NCBI GenBank assembly: GCA_002710745.1
Contig: PALW01000062.1
Span: forward strand, 1 to 50,689
Length of the DNA stretch: 50,689 bases
DNA from: Porticoccaceae bacterium
GTDB lineage: Bacteria; Pseudomonadota; Gammaproteobacteria; Pseudomonadales; Porticoccaceae
Direction: 5' to 3'
Under the pieces are notes generated by a model. The model had not been told where the DNA came from. It made no database searches and worked only from the letters and a program-made list of their open reading frames with translations. A program made the position numbers and the translations under genes. Of this stretch, positions 8,337 to 17,961 are shown piece after piece (the stretch's first letter is position 1; each line of letters starts with the position of its first letter).

Positions 8337-9332
8337 ATGGTAATGTATGATATTTATGGTATTGGAGGAGCGCTGGTTGATACTGAAGTTGAGGTGTCTG
8401 AAAGATTCTTGGCTGATGCAAAGATTGATAAGGGTGTTATGACACTCGTTGACGAAGCTCGTCAGAGGGAGCTGCTAGATGCGCTTTCCTCTGAGGATCT
8501 TAAGTTGATCAAAAAATGTGGTGGATCAGTGTGTAACTCGGTAGTTGCTGCAAGTAGCTTGGGTGCTAAGGCCTTTTTCACTGGTAAAGTGGCTGATGAT
8601 GCTGACGGCGAACTATATGTTAACGATCTTAATTCTTCAGGAGTAGACTTCCATAGAGGGGGTCAGGATTCTGGCATCACTGGAAAGTGTCTAGTAATGG
8701 TGACGGATGATGCTGAGCGAACTATGAATACTTTTCTAGGTGTCAGTGAAACTTTATCCTCGAAAGAGATCGATAGAGATGCTCTCAAAAATTCGAAGTG
8801 GTTTTATGTAGAGGGTTACTTAGTTACTGGTGAGGCGAGAACCTCAGTCGTAAGGGAGGCTGTTGAGTTCGCCAAGGAAAATGGTGTAAAGATCGCAATA
8901 AGTTTGTCAGACCCATTTGTGGTTGACGTGTTTGGTGACGCATTGCTTGATGTGATGGGTAACGGTGTAGATCTTATTTTTTGTAATAAAGACGAGGCAA
9001 TTGCCTTTACAGGCGCTAGTGACCTGGAATCTGCAATAGAAAAGTTTGAGCGTATCTCGAAGTGTTTTGCGATCACTGATGGGGCAAATGGATCCGTTAC
9101 CTTTGACGGAGAACATTTGGCGAAATGTCCTGGGTTCTCGGCCAAAGCTATTGATACAAACGGTGCTGGTGATATGTTCGCGGGTGCCTTTCTATATGCC
9201 ATCACCTTGGGTAAGAGTTACGATTGGGCGGCAAAATTTGCTAATAATTGTGCTGCGAAGGTCGTTGAGCAGTTTGGCCCAAGACTCAATTTAGAGGAGC
9301 TTATGGATATCAAGAAAAAGTTTGGTATTTAG
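8337..9332 (+). CDS. PfkB-family carbohydrate/nucleoside kinase (adenosine-kinase-like)
   Basis: N-terminal GIGGALVD and the PfkB signature DTNGAGDMFAGAF near the C-terminus. About 330 aa. Confidence 0.8.
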   Translation: MVMYDIYGIGGALVDTEVEVSERFLADAKIDKGVMTLVDEARQRELLDALSSEDLKLIKKCGGSVCNSVVAASSLGAKAFFTGKVADDADGELYVNDLNSSGVDFHRGGQDSGITGKCLVMVTDDAERTMNTFLGVSETLSSKEIDRDALKNSKWFYVEGYLVTGEARTSVVREAVEFAKENGVKIAISLSDPFVVDVFGDALLDVMGNGVDLIFCNKDEAIAFTGASDLESAIEKFERISKCFAITDGANGSVTFDGEHLAKCPGFSAKAIDTNGAGDMFAGAFLYAITLGKSYDWAAKFANNCAAKVVEQFGPRLNLEELMDIKKKFGI

Positions 9333-9367
9333 TAGTTTTTAATTGGTAAAAAATAGGGTTGTAATTT

Positions 9368-10264
9368 ATGGTTGCAAAAATTAAAAAAGCTGTGATCCCC
9401 GTAGCCGGCCTTGGCACGCGCATGCTTCCTGCCACTAAAGCAATACCAAAAGAGTTGCTCCCTGTTTATGATCAACCCATCATCGAGCATGTGGTGAAGG
9501 AGGCTATTTTTGGTGGTGTTACCGAAATTATTTTGGTTACCCGAGCTGGGAAAGAGGCGATCGAGAATCACTTCGATGCTCATTATGAGCTTGAGCATCG
9601 ACTGGAAAATAAAGGTAAGAAAAAAATTCTGGGGACGGTTAAGAATATTCTTCCAAAGCATGTAAAAGTTACCTCCATAAGACAGGCCGATGCCTTAGGT
9701 CTCGGCCACGCGGTACTGTGTGCTAAGCATCTTCTAAATAATGAGCCTTTCGCTGTCCTTTTGCCTGATGTCTTGGTTCTTGACAAAGAGGTGCGTGATA
9801 GAAATTATAGTTTTGCGAAGTTGGTGGAAGCTTGGAACACGACAAAAGTGGGTCAGATAATGGTTGAACAAGTTGATTTCAGTGCAGTAGAGAAATATGG
9901 GGTTGCTGATCTTAATGGAGAGGAAATATTACCGTATGAAACTATGCCTCTCCAGGGCTTGGTTGAGAAACCATCTCTAGAGGATGCGCCTTCTAATCTG
10001 GCGGTTTTAGGTCGTTATATTCTGCCCTCAAGAGCTCTTGATTTAATTGAAAATACAAGGGCTGGCGTGGGTGGTGAGATTCAGCTAACAGATGCGCTGG
10101 ATAAGCTATTGAAGACTGATGGATTGAATGCTTTAAAAACAGATGCCGATGTCTATGACTGCGGCAGCAAGGAGGGATTCTTGTCCGCTAACCTTGCGTT
10201 AGGCATGAGAGATCCTAAAATGAAAATTAGGATTATTGAGCTTTTAAAAAAGAGTGGCTCTTGA
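9368..10264 (+). CDS. galU: UTP-glucose-1-phosphate uridylyltransferase
   Basis: KAVIPVAGLGTRMLPATKAIPKELLPV matches the GalU N-terminal signature. The size of about 298 aa fits. Confidence 0.9.
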   Translation: MVAKIKKAVIPVAGLGTRMLPATKAIPKELLPVYDQPIIEHVVKEAIFGGVTEIILVTRAGKEAIENHFDAHYELEHRLENKGKKKILGTVKNILPKHVKVTSIRQADALGLGHAVLCAKHLLNNEPFAVLLPDVLVLDKEVRDRNYSFAKLVEAWNTTKVGQIMVEQVDFSAVEKYGVADLNGEEILPYETMPLQGLVEKPSLEDAPSNLAVLGRYILPSRALDLIENTRAGVGGEIQLTDALDKLLKTDGLNALKTDADVYDCGSKEGFLSANLALGMRDPKMKIRIIELLKKSGS

Positions 10265-10392
10265 GACTCTGATAATCGTTTACTCTCTATAGTTATGTCC
10301 GATGTAACAAAATGGTTTATTGTCAGAGTCAGATAAAAGCGTATTTTGAATATTTATTATTCACAGTGTTAATTTAAAGAAAGGTATCTACT

Positions 10393-11796
10393 ATGGGTAT
10401 TTGTGCAGTTATTATGGCAGGAGGATCTGGCACGCGTCTATGGCCCATGTCTCGAGCCACTCATCCGAAACAATTCTTAGCTTTAAATGGTAAACGTACA
10501 ATGCTTCAAAAGACTATTGGTCGATTGGATCGTTTTACTTTGGATGCCTCTGTTACTATTTGTAATGAAGAACATAGGTTTTTTGTAGCGGAACAACTTC
10601 GTGAGATTGATAGGCTCGGCTCGATTATTTTGGAGCCCGTAGGCAGAAATACTGCTCCAGCTGTCGCCTTAGCTGCACTTAAAACCATTAGTGAAGATCC
10701 TCTTCTTCTTGTTCTTTCCGCTGATCATGATATTCAAGATCAAGATGCTTTTGAGAAATCTGTAACTAACGCTATTCCATTGGCTGAATCAGGTAAGCTT
10801 GTAACTTTTGGCATTGTTCCCACTGAGCCCAATGCCAGTTATGGTTATATAAAAAGAGGCTGTGATTTAGTTGGAGGATATTTAGTAGAAAAATTTATTG
10901 AAAAACCCTCAATTGAAGTAGCTAACGATTATGTTAGTTCAGGACAATATTATTGGAATAGTGGAATGTTTCTTTTTAGAGCAAGTCAATACCTCAGTCA
11001 ATTAAAAAAGTTTAGGCCAGAAATATACCAAGTTTGTAAAACTGCAATGCAAAGTGCTGATTTTGATTTAGATTTCTTGAGGGTTCGCAAGAAAGTTTTT
11101 TCAGAATGCCCATCTGAGTCGATTGATTATGCTGTTATGGAAAATACTTCAGATGCAGTTGTAGTGCCTATGGATGCGGGTTGGAGTGATATAGGGTCAT
11201 GGTCATCTCTTTGGAACGTGAGTGAAAAAGATAAAAATGATAACGCAGTTCTGGGTGATGTTTTGCTTCATAACGTGAATGATTGTTATGTCAGGTCTGA
11301 TAATAAATTAGTTGCCGCAGTGGGAGTTAAGGATTTAGTTATTGTTTCTACCGCAGATGCTGTGATGGTGGCGCAGAAAGACAGTGTTCAAGACGTAAAA
11401 GAAATCGTTGCGCAATTAAAACTAGACTCCAGAGACGAGTGGGAATTGCATCGTGAGGTTTATCGACCATGGGGAAAGTATGATTCGGTAGATATTGGAT
11501 CGGGTTATCAAGTCAAAAGACTTACCGTAAACCCAGGTGCCAAGCTGAGTGTCCAGTTGCATTATCATCGCTCAGAACATTGGGTTGTCGTAGCAGGGAC
11601 GGCAACTGTTCACTACGGTGGCGAAAGCATTGATCTTGAAGTAAATCAGTCCACTTACCATGGCAAAGAGGTTGTTCATGCTTTAGAAAATAGAGGTCAA
11701 TTGCCGCTTGAGTTGATTGAGGTTCAGGTGGGAAACTACTTAGGCGAGGATGACATTGTTCTCTTTGAGGACAAGTATGGAAGACAAATCGAGTAA
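10393..11796 (+). CDS. manC: Mannose-1-phosphate guanylyltransferase / mannose-6-phosphate isomerase (bifunctional type II PMI-GMP)
   Basis: MAGGSGTRLWPMSR...PKQFL nucleotidyltransferase motif plus a C-terminal cupin (QLHYHRSEHWVVVAGTA). 467 aa. Confidence 0.9.
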   Translation: MGICAVIMAGGSGTRLWPMSRATHPKQFLALNGKRTMLQKTIGRLDRFTLDASVTICNEEHRFFVAEQLREIDRLGSIILEPVGRNTAPAVALAALKTISEDPLLLVLSADHDIQDQDAFEKSVTNAIPLAESGKLVTFGIVPTEPNASYGYIKRGCDLVGGYLVEKFIEKPSIEVANDYVSSGQYYWNSGMFLFRASQYLSQLKKFRPEIYQVCKTAMQSADFDLDFLRVRKKVFSECPSESIDYAVMENTSDAVVVPMDAGWSDIGSWSSLWNVSEKDKNDNAVLGDVLLHNVNDCYVRSDNKLVAAVGVKDLVIVSTADAVMVAQKDSVQDVKEIVAQLKLDSRDEWELHREVYRPWGKYDSVDIGSGYQVKRLTVNPGAKLSVQLHYHRSEHWVVVAGTATVHYGGESIDLEVNQSTYHGKEVVHALENRGQLPLELIEVQVGNYLGEDDIVLFEDKYGRQIE

Positions 11797-11974
11797 TGTT
11801 TTCGACTAGTTTATCAAATCAGTCCCATTTATAGGTTTAGTGTGAATATCACTAAATTACTGGTACCTAAAGATTTCAGTTTTTAAAATAAGTTAGTGGG
11901 TTTATTTAAAATAAAGATGACTGCTTTTAAAAAGTTATTTAGCGGTCCTAAGAAATCATTTTTGCTGGGTTTAT

Positions 11975-12961
11975 ATGAATAAAGTGGCGTTAATATGTGG
12001 TATTTCTGGCCAAGATGGATCGTGGCTTGCGAAACTTTTTTTGAGTAAAGGTTATAGAGTTGTTGGTACCGCTCGAGACGCTGAAATGAGCAACTTCGAA
12101 AATCTGAAACGACTGAAGATACGTGAAAAAGTGGACACGATTTCAATGTCTCTTGTGGACCTCCGCAGCGTTCAAAAAGTTATTACAGAAATCGCACCGG
12201 ACGAGCTATACAACTTAGCAGGTCAAAGTTCAGTGGGGCTATCTTTCGAACAGCCTGTCGAAACTCTTGAAAGTCATGCATTGGGAACATTGAATTTATT
12301 GGAGGTAATTCGTTTCTCAAAAAAATCAATCCGCTTTTACAATGCATGTTCTGGAGAGTGTTTTGGAAACATGGACTCAAAATCATTTGCTGATGAATCA
12401 TCGGCTTTTAGACCAAAAAGTCCATATGCAATTGCTAAAGCAACTGCTTATTGGGAGGTTGTCAATTATCGCGAGAGCTATGATTTATTCGCCTGTTCTG
12501 GAATTCTTTTCAATCATGAGTCTCACCTGAGACCCGAGCATTTTGTTACACAAAAGATAATTTTAGCTGCATCTCGAATAGCCAAGGGGAGTAATGAAAA
12601 ACTTAAATTGGGTAATATAAAAATCAGTCGTGATTGGGGGTGGGCACCTGATTATGTTGATGCTATGTGGAGAATGTTGCAGCTTGATGAGCCAGAAGAC
12701 TTTGTTATCGCGACAGGCAAAAGAAGTTCTTTACAGGATTTTGTTAACGAGGCTTTTAGTTGCGTGAGGTTAGACTGGCGGGATCACGTTATGGTTGAGG
12801 AATCCTTGTTTAGGCCCTCTGACATAATGAGTAGCTGTGGTTTGCCTGATAAGGCAATGAAAAGATTGGGTTGGAAAGCAAAGCTTAATATGAGCGATGT
12901 GGTCGGAGAAATGATGAAAAAAGCCCTTATGTTATCTTTAAATGATTATGAAAAAATATGA
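11975..12961 (+). CDS. GDP-mannose 4,6-dehydratase paralogue, short form
   Basis: ALICGISGQDGSWLAKLFLSKGY (GxxGQDGS), YAIAKATAYW (YxxxK) and [20 protein letters not shown] (Gmd signature). 328 aa, compared with 377 aa for the canonical gmd at 26474. Confidence 0.8.
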   Translation: MNKVALICGISGQDGSWLAKLFLSKGYRVVGTARDAEMSNFENLKRLKIREKVDTISMSLVDLRSVQKVITEIAPDELYNLAGQSSVGLSFEQPVETLESHALGTLNLLEVIRFSKKSIRFYNACSGECFGNMDSKSFADESSAFRPKSPYAIAKATAYWEVVNYRESYDLFACSGILFNHESHLRPEHFVTQKIILAASRIAKGSNEKLKLGNIKISRDWGWAPDYVDAMWRMLQLDEPEDFVIATGKRSSLQDFVNEAFSCVRLDWRDHVMVEESLFRPSDIMSSCGLPDKAMKRLGWKAKLNMSDVVGEMMKKALMLSLNDYEKI

Positions 12962-13944
12962 AAGTTGTATTTTTTCATCGCAAACCAGAAGCGAACTATT
13001 TTAGCGTTGAGGGAACGTTTGAAACTACGAGAAAGTTGATGTCTGAAGATATTGAACCGATTGTAGTTCAATCGCGATTCTTGAGTAGAGGTTTCTTTAG
13101 ACGGCTCTATAATATTATAGAAGCATTTTTTAGGCAGGGAGAAGTAAATCATATAACCGGCGATGTAACGTTTTTAAGTTTTCTTCTTACTAAAAATAAA
13201 ACTTTATTAACAATTCTGGATTCACAGGCTTTGGATCGAATGAAAGGACTCAAGCGAAAACTTTATTTTTTATTCTGGTTTAAAATTCCAGAAAAAAGAG
13301 TAAAACTAATTAGTACCATATCCCAATCTAGCAAAAACGAATTGGTAAAGCTCTTGTGTTGTGATGCTGAAAAAATAAAGGTGGTCCCTGTTTGCATTTC
13401 TCCGAAATATAAAAAGGCACCTTACAAATTTGAAGCTGAAAAGCCTAAGATTCTTCAAGTTGGCACGGCCGAAAATAAAAATTTGGAGCGCTTATGCGCG
13501 GCTATTGAAGGTTTGCCATGCACACTTCATATCATTGGGAAGTTGTCGAAACAACAATTGATGGTTTTGGCGGATAAAGCAATTGATTTCACTAATTCGT
13601 TTGCACTATCGGATGAAGAAATGGTGGCGGAATATATTGATTGTCACTTAGTTTCTTTTGTATCGACATATGAAGGGTTTGGTATGCCAATTATCGAGGC
13701 AAACACGGTTGGACGACCAGTTATTACTAGTAACTTGCTTTCTATGCCTGAAGTTGCTGGTGATTCGGCTTGCCTCGTTGATCCCTTCGATATCAATGAT
13801 ATCAGAGCTGGATTGCTACGGATTATGCAAGATAAAGAATATCGAGTCATGCTTATCGAGAACGGATACAAAAATGCGAATCGATTCAAACCTGAAGGGA
13901 TTGCAAAGCAGTATTCGGAAATCTACAGGGAATTATATTTATGA
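12958..13944 (+). CDS. Glycosyltransferase, GT4 (GT-B) family
   Basis: ATGA overlap with the upstream gene. C-terminal EX7E-type motif STYEGFGMPIIEANTVGRPVITS. Confidence 0.8.
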   Translation: MKVVFFHRKPEANYFSVEGTFETTRKLMSEDIEPIVVQSRFLSRGFFRRLYNIIEAFFRQGEVNHITGDVTFLSFLLTKNKTLLTILDSQALDRMKGLKRKLYFLFWFKIPEKRVKLISTISQSSKNELVKLLCCDAEKIKVVPVCISPKYKKAPYKFEAEKPKILQVGTAENKNLERLCAAIEGLPCTLHIIGKLSKQQLMVLADKAIDFTNSFALSDEEMVAEYIDCHLVSFVSTYEGFGMPIIEANTVGRPVITSNLLSMPEVAGDSACLVDPFDINDIRAGLLRIMQDKEYRVMLIENGYKNANRFKPEGIAKQYSEIYRELYL

Positions 13945-13971
13945 ATATATTCATGAGGGTTGAGGATAAAA

Positions 13972-14991
13972 ATGTTTAAAGGTGAAAAGTGTTTCGTGAT
14001 TGCAGAAATTGGAGTAAATCATGGAGGTAGTATTGATTTAGCGTACAAAATGATTGATGAGGCAAAAAGATGTCAAGCGGATGCGGTAAAATTCCAAACA
14101 TTCCAAGCTTCTAGGCTCGTTAGTAAAAATACACCAAAAGTTCACTATCAAATGTCTACTACTGATAAAAACGAAAGTCATTTTAAAATGATTCAAAATC
14201 TTGAGTTTAAGTACGAAGATCATGAGCCAGTTATTAATTATTGTAAGGCTAAACGAATAGAATTCATATCTACTCCTTATGACATTGAGAGTGCAGTATT
14301 TTTAAATAAGTTAGGAGTAAATATTTTCAAAACAGCGTCAGCAGATATAGTAGATCTGCCATTGCATAAATTTTTATCATCCACCGGGAAAAAAGTAATT
14401 ATTTCAACAGGTATGGCATCTTTAGGTGAGATAGAGGAAGTGCTTTCTATTTATAAAAAAGAGAACATTGACAATGTTGCATTGCTTCATTGTGTTGCCA
14501 ACTATCCATGTTCTTACCAGAGTCTTAACCTTAGAGTAATAACTACTTTGAAAGAGGCATTTGGCCTTCCAGTCGGTTTTTCAGATCATGCTGAAGGATC
14601 TATTCCAGCTGCAGCTTCGATTGCCCTTGGAGCTACAATAGTCGAAAAACACTTTACATTAGACCGTAATATGGTCGGTCCGGACCATAAAGCCTCTAGC
14701 ACGCCAGAGGAGTTTAGGGCTTTAGTTCAGGCTATTAGAATAACCGAGGCAAGTCTGGGATCGAAAGTGAAATCAATTCAAATCGAAGAAAAAGATATGC
14801 GAAAAATATCTAGAAAAAGTTTATTTCTCGCTAAAGATGTTCGAGAGGGTCAAGTTCTAGACGAGCATGATTTTACTTTGAAACGTCCAGGCTCAGGCAT
14901 ATATGCTAACGTTCTTCCAGTTATCGTAGGCAGAAAGGCTTCCCGAGAATTAAAAAAGGGAAAGATCTTGGAATACGGAGATTTTAAGTAA
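13972..14991 (+). CDS. Nonulosonic acid synthase (NeuB/LegI/PseI family) with C-terminal SAF domain
   Basis: CFVIAEIGVNHGGSIDLAYKMIDEAKRCQADAVKFQTF and GFSDHAEG motifs. C-terminal SAF-like segment (RKSLFLAKDVREGQVL...LKRPGSG). ATG 13972 is preceded by GAGGA; the track ORF begins at TTG 13960. Confidence 0.9.
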   Translation: MFKGEKCFVIAEIGVNHGGSIDLAYKMIDEAKRCQADAVKFQTFQASRLVSKNTPKVHYQMSTTDKNESHFKMIQNLEFKYEDHEPVINYCKAKRIEFISTPYDIESAVFLNKLGVNIFKTASADIVDLPLHKFLSSTGKKVIISTGMASLGEIEEVLSIYKKENIDNVALLHCVANYPCSYQSLNLRVITTLKEAFGLPVGFSDHAEGSIPAAASIALGATIVEKHFTLDRNMVGPDHKASSTPEEFRALVQAIRITEASLGSKVKSIQIEEKDMRKISRKSLFLAKDVREGQVLDEHDFTLKRPGSGIYANVLPVIVGRKASRELKKGKILEYGDFK

Positions 14992-14996
14992 AATCT

Positions 14997-15638
14997 ATGT
15001 CAAACCAAAAAAACGATATCTTAATGGTTGGCACAGGCGGACATGCTAGGTTCGTAATATCCGTATTGAATAAAATTAGTCGGCCAATTAAAGGTCTGAT
15101 ATCTGTTGATGAGGTGTATGATCCGTCTGAAGAAATTCTAAGTAATAAAATAGTTGGATCAATACTTGATTTGAACTATTTTTACTCTATGGGTTATCGG
15201 GAGCTAGTGCTTGCCATTGGGGATAATCAGTTGAGGAAAGATCTTTTTAATAAATATTCTAAAGCTGGTTTCTCTTTTCAGTCCTTTATTCATCCTGAGT
15301 CTTCAGTTGATACAAGCTTAAATTTAGGAGAAGGAAATATATTTGGCCCGCAAGTTGTGATAGGTGCAAATGTCCAGATTGGAAATAACAATATATTTAA
15401 TTCATCCTGCGTAATAGAACATGAAACCATTGTCGGAAATCATTGCCATGTGGCTCCAGGTGCCACTATATGCGGTCGAGTTGTTTTAGGAAATGAAGTT
15501 TTAGTAGGAGCAAATAGTACCATTTTGGATAAAAAAGCAGTAGCAAGTAAGACGATTGTTGGGGCAGGGTCCACATTGATTGAGTCTGTAATAATTGAGT
15601 CTCAAGTAATGGTTGGAAGTCCTGCGAGACCGATTTAA
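14997..15638 (+). CDS. NeuD/PglD/PerB-family sugar N- or O-acyltransferase (left-handed beta-helix)
   Basis: N-terminal Rossmann-like ILMVGTGGHARFVISVL followed by hexapeptide repeats (IGANVQIGNNNIFNSSCVIEHETIVGNHCHVAPGATI...). Confidence 0.85.
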   Translation: MSNQKNDILMVGTGGHARFVISVLNKISRPIKGLISVDEVYDPSEEILSNKIVGSILDLNYFYSMGYRELVLAIGDNQLRKDLFNKYSKAGFSFQSFIHPESSVDTSLNLGEGNIFGPQVVIGANVQIGNNNIFNSSCVIEHETIVGNHCHVAPGATICGRVVLGNEVLVGANSTILDKKAVASKTIVGAGSTLIESVIIESQVMVGSPARPI

Positions 15639-15640
15639 CG

Positions 15641-16486
15641 ATGGTCTATCTTTCCACAGGGGGATTCCCTAATTTGTCTTTTGATAAAGTAGTTGAAAGT
15701 CTTAATGAGGTTGATATTAATGCCTTTGAATTGTCTGGCGGTCGCTACACCGGTGAGATAAAGAATAAGCTAAAAAAACTTAGTTTAGATAATAGTCTGG
15801 CTATACATAATTACTTTCCACCATATGAAGTTCCATTTGTCTTTAATTTAGCATCACTCAACAATGAAATTGCTGTAAGTAGCTTACGTCATGCCAAGTT
15901 AGCTATTGATTATTCATCATATATTGGTTGCCGATTTTATAGTTTCCATGCGGGTTATCTTGTTGATCCGTTGGTGACAGAGTTAGGAGAAACAATTGGA
16001 AAACGAAGTTTGAATCCGAGACAAAAAAGTTTATCGATTTTTATATCTCGCACAAATGAATTATCACGTTATGCCAAGGCTAGAAATGTCAAGTTGATGA
16101 TAGAGAATAATGTGCTCTCTACAAGAAATCATCTTGAATTTGGCGATAATCCTTTAATGATGGTTGAGATTAATGAGGCTGATGAGTTAATGTCCAAGAC
16201 AGATGATAACGTTGGATTATTGATAGATGTCGCGCACTTAAAGGTCTCTTCTAAAACCTTAGGCTTTTCACCGCAGGAATACCTGACACATTTTAAAAAT
16301 GTGACTTGGGGATATCATTTTAGTGATAACGACGGCTTTGAGGATACCAATAGTCGGATAACCGATAAATCATGGTTTTGGCCATTTATCAATAAGAAAG
16401 CTTGTTATTTTTCTCTAGAAGTCTACGAGAGTAACAAAAAAATACTTAAATCTCAGTATGAACTAACTAAAGAATTGCTGAAATAA
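15641..16486 (+). CDS. Xylose-isomerase-like TIM-barrel protein (sugar phosphate isomerase/epimerase superfamily), function unknown
   Basis: By-eye resemblance to the AP-endonuclease-2/xylose isomerase-like fold (FYSFHAGY, MIENN, LIDVAHL). Weak assignment. Confidence 0.5.
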   Translation: MVYLSTGGFPNLSFDKVVESLNEVDINAFELSGGRYTGEIKNKLKKLSLDNSLAIHNYFPPYEVPFVFNLASLNNEIAVSSLRHAKLAIDYSSYIGCRFYSFHAGYLVDPLVTELGETIGKRSLNPRQKSLSIFISRTNELSRYAKARNVKLMIENNVLSTRNHLEFGDNPLMMVEINEADELMSKTDDNVGLLIDVAHLKVSSKTLGFSPQEYLTHFKNVTWGYHFSDNDGFEDTNSRITDKSWFWPFINKKACYFSLEVYESNKKILKSQYELTKELLK

Positions 16487-17961
16487 TGTTAAAATTACAA
16501 GATCTTTGTATAGAAAATACCTCAACCTTGATGGATGCTCTTAAGGCTATTGATTTGAATGGAGAAGGAATATTATTTGTCCAAAAAGATAGAGTTTTTT
16601 ATGGAACCCTGACAGATGGAGATATTCGGCGAGCATTAATAGCAGGGGCCTCTCAGCATGAAATTCTTGATCTTTATTGTAATAAAAATGCCTTAACCTT
16701 ACCTATTTTTTGCTCGGACAGTGAAATACAAAGAAATCTCATGAAGCATCAAATAAGTATGATTCCTCTATTAAACTCTGAAGGGTTTGTTGTAGATTTT
16801 GCGGCTAAATCTCGACTCAACAGGCTTCCAATAATGGAGCCCAGCCTTAAAGGTAGAGAAAAGGAATTTGTTAATGATTGCATTGATTCAAATTGGATTT
16901 CATCACAAGGTGCTTATGTCGACAGATTCGAATCTGAATTAAGTGAATTTTGCGGAGGTAGATGCCTGGCTACTAGTAGCGGCACAACAGCGCTGCATCT
17001 TGCTATGCAAGCACTCGAGATTGGTGAAGGTGATGAAGTAATTGCTCCAAATCTGACATTTGGAGCGTCTATCAATTCCATTCTCCATGCCGGTGCAACT
17101 CCGGTGCTAGTGGATGTTTCAGAGAACGATTGGAATATTTGTCCAAAAAGCATTGTGAGAGCTATCGGTCCATCAACAAAAGCTATAATGGTAGTGCATT
17201 TATATGGTACTCCATGTCAAATTTCAGAAATAATGGCCATTGCTTCAGAATACAAATTATTGATAATTGATGACTGTGCGGAGGCGCTTGGAGCTAAGTT
17301 ATATGGAAGACCAGTTGGTTCTTTTGGCGATGCAGCTGCTTTCTCATTCTTTGCAAACAAAGTTATCACTTGCGGGGAGGGTGGAGCTTTAGTTTTGAGG
17401 GAGAACGCTCATCTCGAGAAAGCAAAGATGATGCGTGATCATGGTATGTCACCATCCAAAAGATATTGGCACGAATTTGTAGGATACAATTACCGTATGA
17501 CTAATATACAAGCAGCTATTGGTTGTGCACAGTTAGAAAAATTTGGAGAGTTTGTATCTAACAGGTCAAAGATTTGGTCTCAGTATGAATCACGATTACT
17601 ACCTTCGGGTTACTTTAAAAAACAATTTGTAAGATCTGATGCAGATCAATGTTATTGGTTGTTTACGTTACAGTTAGTTCCGGCTCTCGTTCGCTTTCGA
17701 GACATGATATGTGATCAACTGAGACTTGCGGGAATAGATACTCGTCCCATGTTTTATCCAATGAGTGTAATGCCGGCATTTGAGAAAAACACCAAAAAAG
17801 TCAAAGATCTTAATACCAGCATCAACTTGTCTAAGGCAGGTTTTAGTTTTCCATCTTCAATATCTTTATCTCAAGATGAAATTGACATGATAGCTGAGCA
17901 TACAATAAAAGTAATAGATGATCTGATTTTAGAATACAAGGTTGAAATCGAAATTGATTAA
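16486..17961 (+). CDS. CBS-domain / DegT-DnrJ-EryC1 aminotransferase fusion (Per/LegC-like sugar C4 aminotransferase)
   Basis: About the first 110 aa look like a CBS pair (ALKAIDLNGEGILFVQKDRVFYGTLTDGDIRRAL; MIPLLNSEGFVVDF). The rest resembles remembered GDP-perosamine synthase/LegC sequences (EPSLKGREKEFVNDCIDSNWISSQG, FSFFANKVITCGEGG, YWHEFVGYNYRMTNIQAAIGCAQLE, DTRPMFYP). Confidence 0.85.
   Translation: MLKLQDLCIENTSTLMDALKAIDLNGEGILFVQKDRVFYGTLTDGDIRRALIAGASQHEILDLYCNKNALTLPIFCSDSEIQRNLMKHQISMIPLLNSEGFVVDFAAKSRLNRLPIMEPSLKGREKEFVNDCIDSNWISSQGAYVDRFESELSEFCGGRCLATSSGTTALHLAMQALEIGEGDEVIAPNLTFGASINSILHAGATPVLVDVSENDWNICPKSIVRAIGPSTKAIMVVHLYGTPCQISEIMAIASEYKLLIIDDCAEALGAKLYGRPVGSFGDAAAFSFFANKVITCGEGGALVLRENAHLEKAKMMRDHGMSPSKRYWHEFVGYNYRMTNIQAAIGCAQLEKFGEFVSNRSKIWSQYESRLLPSGYFKKQFVRSDADQCYWLFTLQLVPALVRFRDMICDQLRLAGIDTRPMFYPMSVMPAFEKNTKKVKDLNTSINLSKAGFSFPSSISLSQDEIDMIAEHTIKVIDDLILEYKVEIEID

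Noticed and set aside
10265-10330. Inverted repeat GACTCTGA ... TCAGAGTC in the galU-manC gap.
   Set aside because: An 8-bp stem with a loop of about 50 nt and no flanking U-tract. It is compatible with chance in an AT-rich spacer.
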